A DNA stretch of 64,000 nt from positions 17,517,615 through 17,581,614 of the forward strand of contig CAVNZM010000002.1 of NCBI GenBank assembly GCA_963693365.1. Reading direction: 5' to 3'. The position numbers and the translations under genes were made by a program. This stretch comes from Amoebidium appalachense (lineage: Eukaryota; Protista; Ichthyosporea). Below are positions 39,901 to 64,000 of the stretch, piece after piece. Positions within the stretch are counted from its first letter, which is position 1. Every line of letters begins with the position of its first letter. The notes beneath the pieces were generated by a model, which saw only the letters and a list, made by a program, of their open reading frames with translations, was not told the origin of the DNA and did no database searches.

Positions 39901-41814
39901 ATATACTGCATGCCTTAAAATGATGTATAATGCTCGGGCCTAAGGCAGTTTTTATCCCTGGGGATAAACCTACTAGTTAATATTCACTATTATCATGTGA
40001 GGGTTGCGGTCACTGGCACCGCCAAGTTCTCGGTCGAAAACCAAAAGCTCATGCGATTGGCTAGTCAGTTACTGCTTTTGATTGGTACATCACGCATCAA
40101 GTTGATCCCCCGGACCCCAGAAGCTGTAAGAAATTCAAGATGAGATAAAAATTTAAAGAACTGATTTAAATAGCTACCTAACTGGAAATGCATCTCAATC
40201 TTTGGGCGTGATTTTTTTAAAAAACAATATCTATCATACATAATCCAAGCCAGTTTTTAATCACGAAGATTCAATGAAAGGCCCTTGCTTCAACCGCTGT
40301 AGGACTTGAAAATAATCGTAGCTGCAATTGAAATTGATATAGAAACCTGAAAGTGTGCAGTGGTACACATCCGATGGCCATACAGTTTTTTGGTTTGTCA
40401 AGGCTCTATTTCTAGATACAATCAATTAGGAGAATTGATGTAACCGAGTAATTTTTTGTAACGCCCAGAAGGGTTTCTACAATAGTTGTATATAAAAAGG
40501 GATGGGGTGCTGTTACTGCCATGGGGGAAAGGGGGGCCAAAGGTTTGGAGTGATCCACAAACTAGATCCTAAGGAATTCTCATTTATCCCTATGCGCCAA
40601 TCAATGCATACAGTCGGTGCGCGTGTATCCAATCGCAAATACACCTCAAATTGACAACACAATGTGTGTAAACAAACAGCACCAGCAAGCACGGTTGAAG
40701 CACCAGCACCCATCCCAGCACCACTGCTGGACAACACACCCAGCGACACGTCATAGGGCCATCACACCGTGGTTGTGTAGGTGCACGTATGTTGCTAGCC
40801 CAGTTAAGGTAACCTGCTAGAAGCCGTTGATTTCCTGAATAGGTTCGTTGTTTTGCCCTAATTCATATCATGTATCAAAGCGCCACGTGCACTGCAGCTG
40901 TACATTCATTTGGACATGCGAGTCAGTAATTTCAGCTGCAGTGCGTGGCGCATGCAGCTGCGCATCACTGAACTTCACTTAGTCACTTCACTAATTGGTC
41001 ATGAATCTCATGTGAACCACGCTTGAAACGAGCAGTGGGCGGTTTCAAAACTAGCGCTAATACTAACCACAGAGTTGGGTTTTCTGGCACGCGCAGTGCA
41101 TGTGCTCGACTGACTCTATGAGAGAGCTGGCTTTCATTCATGTGATGAAACTCATGCCACGCCGGCGGTGCACGTACATGTTGTGGAAAGTTCTTGCGAA
41201 CCTAATCAGGGCCCTAGCATATATTAATGATGGATCCGGACAGTTGAGTATCAACTCATATATGAGTCGTGGCTTAATTTTTGTATTTGTTTTTGGCCTC
41301 TCTGAGGCCTATGCCTCTAACTATAATCAAATTTATCCATTTCCTTTATTTAACATAAGCAAACGGTCATAGAAAAATGTACGTGTCCGAGGCGCATTGT
41401 GGTCGCCTCGTGTGTGCGTCTACGTAGTATGCATGTCTCATAGTGTGAACGTCATTGCAGTTGTGTATATGTGTACACGTGTGACGACTGGATGTGTGTG
41501 TGTATACTTGTATGTTCGTGCGTGTGTGCCGACCTCGAGGAAAGAAATTAGTTAGCCTACAGCGCGAGAGGGAGAGAACGGCGGGGGATGGACCCGGAGA
41601 GCTCGAGTGTGAGAGAGGGTCACATATACAAGGGCGAGAGAGAGCTTGAGATCTAGGGAGAGAGCGGGTAACAGACAACGTCATGTGGAAGTTCAGCCCA
41701 CCTGTTGACAATAGTATCATAGACCAAACCATTCGATTTGAAGAAAAATAAAAACACATGGCACATACACACACAAATTTTACACACAAATGCACACACA
41801 TACGTGCACACGCA

Positions 41815-42520
<706 letters not shown>

Positions 42521-42644
42521 AGGAGTGTTCAGTGTCTCTCTTTCTCCCTTCCAATCTTTCACCCCCCCCCCCCCCCTCCCAAAAAAAAAAAAAAAAAAAA
42601 AAAGGTTAACACACTGGTAGCTGCGTGGCACAATCATCATAATA

Positions 42645-42678
<34 letters not shown>

Positions 42679-43412
42679 ACCCCCTCAGCTCCGGATCCGG
42701 GCCCCGTGCCCCACCCTCCCCCATCCCCCTAATTACACAAGCGGGCGCGAACATCTATCTGGTAGAAACACGTTGCAACATTGTGTGCGCATACGCACGT
42801 GAGTGTGTGTGTGTGCTCCTTTTTGTGCCTGTGCGGCGTGCCTGCCTGCCTGGCTGTGCGCTTGGACGCGTGTGGATAGTGTGGATACGTCAAAACGTGC
42901 GGCTGTTGTCTCTGCTGAGTATGTGTACGTATACCCGGGCCCCCTCCGTAACCCCTTTGTACATACACCTTTGAATCATCATTCCATCCAATCGTGGAAG
43001 GCCTCAATAGCCATATTAAGCTAAATAAGTACCTAATATGGCAGGACCGCGAGGATATCGACTCAGGGTTAGAAATTGGAATCTTCAAGTCACTCCCACA
43101 CCAGATCTATAATATATTTTAGACCTCAGTCAGTTGACTCGACCGGCGCTCAGTGCTCCATATGCATAATGTACAAGCACTCACTAATAGGGTTAGTGCG
43201 TCGCACTTGCCCCTCATATTTGTATGGGCCTAGCTCGGGGGCTACTGTAGCTTGATAGGTAAGCTGGTGATTGCGTTGGACGAGCATGCGGAAGTAACGC
43301 ACTTGACAGGCCCACACGCAAACATACAACCCTTGCTACCCCATTCCCCTCCCAACCCGTCTGTTCCCGGGCCCGGGCGGCCCGCCTCCCACCCTCCCTT
43401 TCTCAGGCCACC

Positions 43413-49756
<6,344 letters not shown>

Positions 49757-50456
49757 GGTGCTGGGATAGGGTTGCATACATGAGACCCTGTTGGGTTTTA
49801 CACTCTCGCAGGTTGGGTCACCCCCAAAATTGGGTTTTCAAATGTACGTCTGTTTTTTTTTTTAGGGTTGTGACCGTGTATAGCGAGTGCAATGTGCATG
49901 TAGTCTTTTCTCTCGTTCTTTTTTGTGGTCCCTTTCATTTTATAAGGTTTGTGCTGCTGGCTTCAGTGCCCTGAAATTTCTTTTTTTTGACGATGAATAT
50001 TTATTTTTGTAAGTTTGGTGGGCCAACGTGTATACCTTCTCTGCATGAATTTCTTGAAAATACAGAAATGTAAAAGCCAGAATATACTGTATCTATGATT
50101 TTTTTTTGTAAGTGGACCACATGTGCATAGCAGCGTGAATGCAAATGCACCACATGAATTCGAATGTTTATATCTTATTGATATGGTAATGGGTGAATGG
50201 CATCCAGATAGTACGTAATGGTGCTGCGAGGAATGTGGTCTGGAATTTTAGAATGTGGTCTGGAATTTTAGAATGTTTGCATGGACGAGGTACACACGTG
50301 TACAGGACTTTGTAAACACGAGCACTTGATGATTGAAATGCGTCATGGCCCTTTGGCATGCCAGTATGAAAATTTGATAGTAATAAAAATGTTCTAATGA
50401 TTATTTTATGTGTAGAATTTGCGTGTGGCTGAAGCCCCCCGGGGTATGTATACACA

Positions 50457-50491
<35 letters not shown>

Positions 50492-51650
50492 TTCCCCTCG
50501 GAGGGACCCCATCATGACGGACATAATGAATAACCGAGTAAATTAATTGGGGGCCCAAAATCTGCAGCTTGGTAGTACATACGTGCTATGCCTTCGAGTG
50601 ATGGCAAACGCAAAACATTCACAATGTAAGGTCCAACCCAAGTGCCTGTGACTCAGTCTGGTGGTATGCATGCATATATGCATTTTTATAAGGGTAGTAT
50701 AACTTGAAGTTCTTGCTTGGTCGTAGTGGTTGCATTTTTCAAATTGTTTTTGCTACATAGGTATACATGTCAGTGAGCTGCGCGAGCAATGCCCACCCGG
50801 CCACCACCTTTCTATTATAATTATTTATTTGTCATGTGATTGCATGGATCCGGACGTGGCGCCCACAGCTGGCTGGGCACAATCTTAAAGGGGGTTTCTT
50901 GTAGGCCAAATTTATGGGGCCTTCCGGGTCAAGCAGGTGCGCGCCACGCCAATCAAATCGCAGAGAACTGTTCGAGTCACTCTGATCCGACCCGGAAACC
51001 TACAAGAAATACCCTTTAAAGCACAGTCGACTGTGCATCCGTAATTATGGTGAACCATCATTACATATTGCATGCATTCACGCAAGGCTGCCAATCAAAT
51101 TGGCGCACACACACTGCAAGGCTTAGCATGTTTTTTGTTTTTTTTTTTGAGAGGGGGCTCACTGCTATTAAATCTTTATCAACATAAACACTGGGCAAAT
51201 GGATTATAAATGCCCACTAGGTACATGGGCAACCATTGACTGTGTGCGGGAAGGCACAGAACCAATCAAATGGTGTGCCGTGTAGCCTTACATGGTAATA
51301 TGCGATACGACATATGCAGACACCAAGCGTGTATCCAGTACACACGGGTTTATTGGCCCCATGGGGCTGTGAATCATCATTTACTTCATATATCAGTTCA
51401 TATTACTTGCTGCTCGTGAATGGCAGGGGGGAAAAAAAGGAAAAAGAAAACAATGATAATAAGCATGGTTCCCTCACGCACGTGCACACAGCGGATAAGG
51501 AACATCGCCTGGTGAGGGGAAACATGTACCAATGGATGAAGAACATTTATGGTACAACAGAACGGGTGGGGTAAAAGAAGGGGTGGAACTCTGATGAAAC
51601 AACCTAGCATGTTCCACACTGCTATTTTTAGCACTTTTAATGGACACGTG

Positions 51651-57245
<5,595 letters not shown>

Positions 57246-58001
57246 GCTTATATGTTTTAAGGAGAAACAGGGGATGTGGGTCTAAGGTCAAATCTGCGCA
57301 AGTGGTAGTACTGTATGCTGAGTGTGTGAGTGGTGCCACGGTGTGTGACTGTTTCGATCGACTGCGTGTGTGCGCTTAAAGTGAGGGTGCACGTGCGCAC
57401 ACGTGCCCGCGGCTCACGGTGGCTTTGTGCTGATTGCGTAATCCGATCATCTATTCTGCATGGCTCACAGTCACAGCCTGCGGTGCCGGCGCACCGGCCG
57501 AAAAAAAAAAAGTTTTTATAAAACAAAAAAAAAGTAGGAATAAAAGTAGGAATATATACTTGAATTTTGTGCTCGGTGATTCAAGCATGGTTCAAGGAAA
57601 AAACGATGAAAAGACAGCAAAGAGCAGTGTCGCTGTGGTATCCATACCATTCAAGGGCACAGTCAGAACGCTCTAGCAGCGCACACAAAAATTACTCAAG
57701 CAGGCAAATACAGCTGTTAAAAGCCAACTTCAAGAGCTAATTAATCGGCTGTCTGCACACACACGGGATCCTCCCCCCCCCCCCCCCCCCCCCCCCCCCT
57801 CCCTCAACCCCAACCCTCTCGGGTACCCTCCCACCCGCCCCACCATTTTTTGGGGGGGCCCCCAACACCCACCCACCCACGTGCTTATGCACGCACACAC
57901 ACATGTTGACGCACACTGTCACACACACACATACGCTGCACCCATACACCTCCCTCCCCCCCCCCCCCCCCCCCCCCCCCCCACACACACACACATTAAC
58001 A

Positions 58002-58062
<61 letters not shown>

Positions 58063-58369
58063 ACACACACACACACACACAGAAAATTCTGCCTAATGAT
58101 CCTCCGGACCCCCCCCCCCCCCCCTCCTCCCCTCCCCTGTGTTATGATCTATCCGGGCCTGCGGGTTATATCCCTCCCCGGACTTCAAGCCCTCTCTCCT
58201 CTCCCTCCTTCCCGCCTTCAGTGATCTTTCTATTCAACACTGAGCATAGAGCTTTTGAGCATGTCACGCACATGTAGCCAACAAAACTTGTCCCCGCCCC
58301 CCCCCTGCCCCGCCCTTCCCTCCCCTTCCCTTCCTCCACGAGCTCCCCCCCCCCCCCTCCTCCCCCCCC

Positions 58370-58400
<31 letters not shown>

Positions 58401-59929
58401 GAGCCCCTTCCGGATCCCCTTTCCTCTTGCCTCCAGCCTTTCCCTCTTCCCCTCGGCCACTTCATGAGAAGGGCCTAGAAGGGACAAAAGACAAAAGTAC
58501 TCATTCAACTGTTCAAAACGTTTAACACTCTCAAAGCCCACAAATGTGAGGGTCGTACCCATATTTGTGTATTTGTGTCCCGGGTAGAGTGAGCACAAGG
58601 GCTATCCAGTTCTTATAGGATTTGCCGCTCTACTATAACATAGGCGCAAAACGCCAATTAACTGAGTATGTAGACCGTAAGGGCGCCATCATGGGCAATC
58701 ACGTGTGCTGGTCACGTGTGCACCTTGACCCGTTCTGCCTGGCCAACCAACAGGGTATTCCCACTCTGCCTGTTTGAAAAGAGTGTAGTGTGTGGCGGTT
58801 GAGGTGTCTTTACTCTAGATCTACGTACACGTGTGGTCACACTCTTTCGCGAAGCGGACCCGGTGACACTTTGACACCGGCACAACGCCTACCACCTGCT
58901 GAGGTGGTGCCTTATTTTCCTTCCTACCTCAGCAGAAATGTCTCGCTAGTAATGACAATGCTTATCTGTGTACGCGAAATGACTGCTGCGAATTCGAAGA
59001 AGGAAGGCTGCGAAGAATGAGACCGAAGCTTCGAAGGAAGGAAAAATCGGCACCACCGTGACACTGTTACGTCATTAGTGCGTCACCAGGAATGAGCGCA
59101 TTATGATGTCATGATGGCAAACATCGATTGGCTATTGGTGCCCGCGCTTTTGGCTCTCAAGGCTATTGGCCGCGAGGCAATAACGGTATTATGCCTCGTA
59201 GGATCGCATATCCGATTAGCGCAATAAATTAAAGTTGCATTATTTTATAAACGTATAATAACGATTGGTCCAGATCACGAGGATGTATGCCTTATAGCTG
59301 CATTTGATTGGCTGTGCTGGAAAACGCCGTAGGCCGTCAAGTGAGGCTGGGCCAGGGTTCGACATTTGGGTTTCAAGTCGGGTATTTTCCGAAGTTTTGT
59401 GACGTCATCCATTTTGGCCTCGCGAAAGGTGGGGTATTTCCAGGAAATACGTACTTTGGATAGATCAGATAAACCTTTGTATACCTATCCGCTAATATGT
59501 AAATATATCCTCTGGCGGGGAGCCCCTCGTCGCTGGTGAGAAGCCAAAACACACTTGATACAGGTGCTTTTGAAACTCAGGGATTTTGTTTCACTGAGCA
59601 CGCATGTCACACTCGCCTACCCGCATCATTATAACCCGAGACAGCCAGTCTAACTTTCGTTTAGGTGTTATAATCGCCTGTTCATCTCAGGATAGAGACA
59701 TTGTGTTGCTGACTAACTTTAATGAATAGCCTGAGGCGCGCGCAGCGCGCCGCCCGCTGAAAAGCTTTGCTTAGTGTCACCAAATTCGCACCTATTCCTG
59801 TGTGCTAAGTTCTCTCCGTGTCTCTAGCTTCAACGGTGGTCGTTTCTTAGATAAGTCTTTCTCCTGAGGATTTCCCTTACGGTCACTTCCTCTCTTGGGG
59901 CGCCCGCGCACCCCCTTCAATAGATCTGA

Positions 59930-59964
59930 AGTCTCTCTCTCTTTTTTCTCTCTCTCTCTCCGCT

Positions 59965-60030
<66 letters not shown>

Positions 60031-60163
60031 CCTCCCTCCCTCCCTCCCTCTCGCTGCCCCTCTCTCTCTCCCCCTCCCCCCCAGTCTCTCTCTTTCTTTC
60101 GCTCTCTCTCTCTATCTCTCTATCTCTCCCCCCCCCCCCCCCCCAGTCTCTCTCTTTCTTTCG

Positions 60164-60196
<33 letters not shown>

Positions 60197-60415
60197 CCCT
60201 CTCTCTCTCTCTCTCTCTCTCTTACTCTTTCTCTCTCTCTCTCTCTCGCCCCCTCTTCCCTCAGGCTTTCCAGACGGTCTCTCTCTCTTCACGTTCTTCC
60301 TCCTCTCCCTCTCTCTGTCTCTCTGTCTCTCTCTCTCACCGTCTCCCCCCCTTCCCCCCCCCCCCTCCCCCCCCGCCCGAGTCTCTCTCTCAGGCAGTTT
60401 TCAATCACTTGCTCT

Positions 60416-60490
<75 letters not shown>

Positions 60491-60565
60491 TCTCCTCTCT
60501 ACTTTCTCTCTCTCCCTCTCTCCCCAAGAGTCTCTTTGTCTCTCTCTCTCCCCCTCTCTCACGGT
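59930..60565. repeat. Long (TC)n/(TCCC)n pyrimidine tract
   Basis: Directly visible. Confidence 0.95.
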
Positions 60566-61397
60566 GCTCTGAGACTCCCGGTCTCTCTTTCTCTCCGAAG
60601 CCTCCCCCTCTCCCCCCCACCCCCACCCCCTCCCTCACTACCCTCCCAGCTCTCTCTCTGCCTGTCTCCTCCGCCTACTGTAACAGGCAACTGGGCTTTC
60701 TTTCCAGTTCCAACGTAATATCCCTCTCGTTGTCCCCCCCCCCCCCCCCCCCCCTTCCCCCGGGCCGGGGGGTTAGAGACGGCTGCATTTTCCTCCACCA
60801 CCTCCGCCACCTCCTTGGCAACCGAAATATTAGCACCCGATTCCTGGCCCACAGACATTTCAGTGGTGACCGTACCAGACTGCTTGGCCTTCTTTGCCTT
60901 GACCATCGCAAGCGTGTTTAAGAAAATCGCCCAACTTGAGTGTTTTAGGGCCAGGCTTCGACTGCTCCTTCCCATCTGAAAAGCGATGGTCAGGCTGCCG
61001 AGTGCTGGCAGCCACAAGGGCTACCCTAGGAAGCGCGTGTTTGCCAATGGAGAGAGTGACCTACAGCGAAAGGGCCCAAAAACAACACGGGTGAAAGCGT
61101 GACACGTGAGAACTTAAAGAAAAACCGGCTCTGAGTCACCTGACAACTGACTTGAAGGCTGTGTTTTGACTGAAGGGAGGGAGTTTTGCGCCAAAAAAAA
61201 CGAAAGTAACCATCAGACTGGTGTAAGGCCATGACATTGTAACCTTAAGATTATGTCAAAAGGTTCCCCAATTTTACCATTACGGTGGCCAAAATTCATT
61301 TTACTTGACTGCTGAGTGCTGGATAACCGAGCGAACTATCCCATGCATGAAAATAATAGCCTATCACCGAATTCCCACCCGGCCCCAGCTGGTGCTT

Positions 61398-61431
<34 letters not shown>

Positions 61432-64000
61432 CTATATGTACACTCCACTATCCGGCCACGTACCCTACGCAGGAAGGGTAGTGTACCCCAGCCTCTTCCA
61501 GGCGGGGTATTTTTTTCTGGCAGTGGGGTATTTTTTAGGGTATTTTTGGGGTATTGTCTAACCCTGGGCTGGGCCCCTGACTGCCTGACGATGTCGGAGT
61601 CCGCAGCAATACAAAGTGCATAAACCCAAACTCGTACGCCGATCGAGAGGGCCCGGAGTCGAACTTCTGCCCGCCCAGGGCAAAAAAAAAAAAAAATTCG
61701 GATTTCGACATGCGGATTTGGAACCCCAAAGTCTACTTTATCCTTCAGCCAACCATCTGTTGCCAACAACACAAGACCTGCCTTCAGTGCATGATATATG
61801 GCCAACCATAGAGCTCGTAAAGGACCGTCGCCAACATTCTGACATTCGTGTGCACGTAATATATGCAGCAAAACATGCAGTTCAAAGAGTTTTCCCATGA
61901 TTGATATTGATTGTAGTGTTATAGCCAACTAAGCATAAAATATTGAAGTGTATAACATGTCATTGTTAATCTCCCTATACCACATCCGGAAACATCGCAG
62001 GGTCCCAACATCTTTGGGTCCTCGAGTTCGAGTATCAATATAACTTATGCGAATGCGCTTATTGGGTGCACTAGCTCATATACTGAGACAGAAATAATGA
62101 TTTTATTAATAAGAAGAAATATTGTTTTGTGAAAGCAATAGACCGGCTTTCTTCAAACCGAGTCCTTGTTTGTCCTGTGACATGTTGCAGCCTGAGTTTT
62201 GGGATTTTATAGGCACTTGAGCCAATCCTATCGTACAGCCAATGGGGACTCGCCATAAGCTAAGGAACGTGCTACGATAAACGGGAAATTCCTTGCTATT
62301 TCCCTTAGTGAACCTGACTTTAATGAATTTGTTTTTTGCCTTCTGCATCATGGCGTGTGCAAGCTACAATACATCCATGCACGTAACAACAACGATCATC
62401 AATTCATCATATATACCTGCCCGACTTGTTTTGACAAACTGAGCCTCGGACTCGTCGAGTGTCGGTTGGTGGTTTCCAACTTTGTTGTTCAATAACGCGG
62501 TGAATATGCTGCATATTCCTTTAGGACCCACTCAAGAGTTTGAAAAATCGGCTTTAGACTTTTTGTTGAATTCTGTTGGTCGTCACATTGAGTATTTATA
62601 TGATTTTCACACAGTGTTCAGGTATCTCAGTATGCACTTGTTACTGGATAACTCGTGAAGTTTTTATTGTCTTCTCCGTATGCCGTGCATACTTGCATAT
62701 CTTTCCGTTGAATAAATCCAGTCAAAAGAAAAAAAAATCGGCCCAAAATGAAGGGGGTTCAATCAAAATTGGATATTGCAGGATTCTCGTGTACGTAATA
62801 CTCTACATGTTAGTGACGTCGGCAAAAATGATGCAGCCCTGCCGGCGCGCAATTGCAAAAACACAGTATACGTACGTAGTGAGCATCCCCAAAGGAAAAA
62901 GGAAGGGCATATAGACCTATATCAGCAATTCAGGTGTTTGTAATCATTTGTATCCACTTTCAGAACCATACAGATTCCGTACTTTTCACACGGTTTATAC
63001 GAGAACCATGCATTTGGCCTACCGTGAAACACTGCCAGTACAACGGATGCAACCAGCCAAATGATTTACCCCTCCTCTGATCCTCATATAAATAGTGTGC
63101 TCACGGCATGATTCATCATCGTCTTCGACTCAGTGACAGACTGAATTTAAACTTCGTCACCTTGCGAGAGAGAAATAAGGTAGCCACCCCTCTGCATGAG
63201 AAAATCTGCAACATCAAAGGAACATCGACACAGGATTCCCGCTTGGACTGTTCTTCGTTATACTCTAGGCCCACTTGCAATGGCCTTGGAGAATGTGCAA
63301 CCAAAATTTGTAACACAAACTATATGATATTGCATACACGTTGCACCGATGTTGTTGGAGATCCCCCAAGAACCACACAGAATGCGAACTCCAAAAGTCA
63401 CCCACATTCCCTTTTTCTTTCAAGTTAGCGCCGGTGTTGCCAACGCGAAGTCTCTTTTTTCGGCGCCAAACGACTTCAAACTACGCGACACCGCGCAAAC
63501 GCAACGGCTGCCCATCATAGTTCTGCCTGCACCCGATTCATCCGAACCCACACATACGACAGAAGATATGGCGCCAACATCAACAATCTGCAGTCTCGTC
63601 ATGAAGGGACCACAGGACCCAGAACACCTGCTCCTGCCCACGTGGCCTGAGCATGTGTTGAGGTTAAAGGCTACCCGTCCCTTGCAGCCACGTTCACGAA
63701 AATACAACCCGTACTGAAAGTTTAGATGCTGGCACCTGTTCAAAAAGTTTGATATGAAGATGGATCTGTACTGTATACACCACATCTGTGTACACCGATC
63801 CGTACATAGTTGCAGGTGTAGCTGTCGGACCTTTTTTTTAAAAAAAAAAAAAATTACGACGGTAGTCTGTGCTTTACTGTCTTTTAGTACTGTTTTTATG
63901 TATGTTGAATGAATGCTTCTATAAAAACCTTTCAGTATTTGTTCTCCGTGTGCCAGTGCGCGGTTTGTAAGTAGCTACACAAGTATTTTGTGCCTGGCTG

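Noticed and set aside
59120-59320. Cluster of ATTGG/CCAAT boxes as the spermidine synthase promoter
   Set aside because: About 1.9 kb from the ATG with no TSS evidence; cannot be assigned.
62070-63790. Short ORFs near the right edge
   Set aside because: No motifs, no consistent splice model, and interrupted by stops.

Overview
Eukaryotic nuclear DNA whose ~0.4-1.1 kb spliceosomal introns are packed with poly-G/poly-C, (GT/CA)n and (GA/TC)n tracts, so most long ORFs in the ORF track are repeat artefacts. The lineage cannot be assigned from sequence alone; a unicellular opisthokont is plausible. Splicing by hand recovers several elements. (1) The first two coding exons of COP9 signalosome subunit 5 (minus strand, runs off the left edge). 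(2) Head-to-head with it, a six-exon ~1,540-aa gene for a Mutator-like DDE transposase-type protein with an intact WRN/RNase D-type DEDDy 3'-5' exonuclease nested inside its catalytic core. (3) A very young full-length Ty3/Gypsy chromodomain retrotransposon (15266-23620, TSD GCTGG, near-identical LTRs, non-canonical primer-binding site). (4) A disrupted 7TM-RGS gene carrying a solo LTR, a nested inverted LTR pair forming a ~400-bp hairpin, and a likely excision footprint. (5) A low-complexity hypothetical exon. (6) A six-exon ~810-aa orphan gene. (7) A complete eight-exon spermidine synthase. No RNA genes or CRISPR arrays were seen. All gene models and family calls come from manual motif reading, not database searches.
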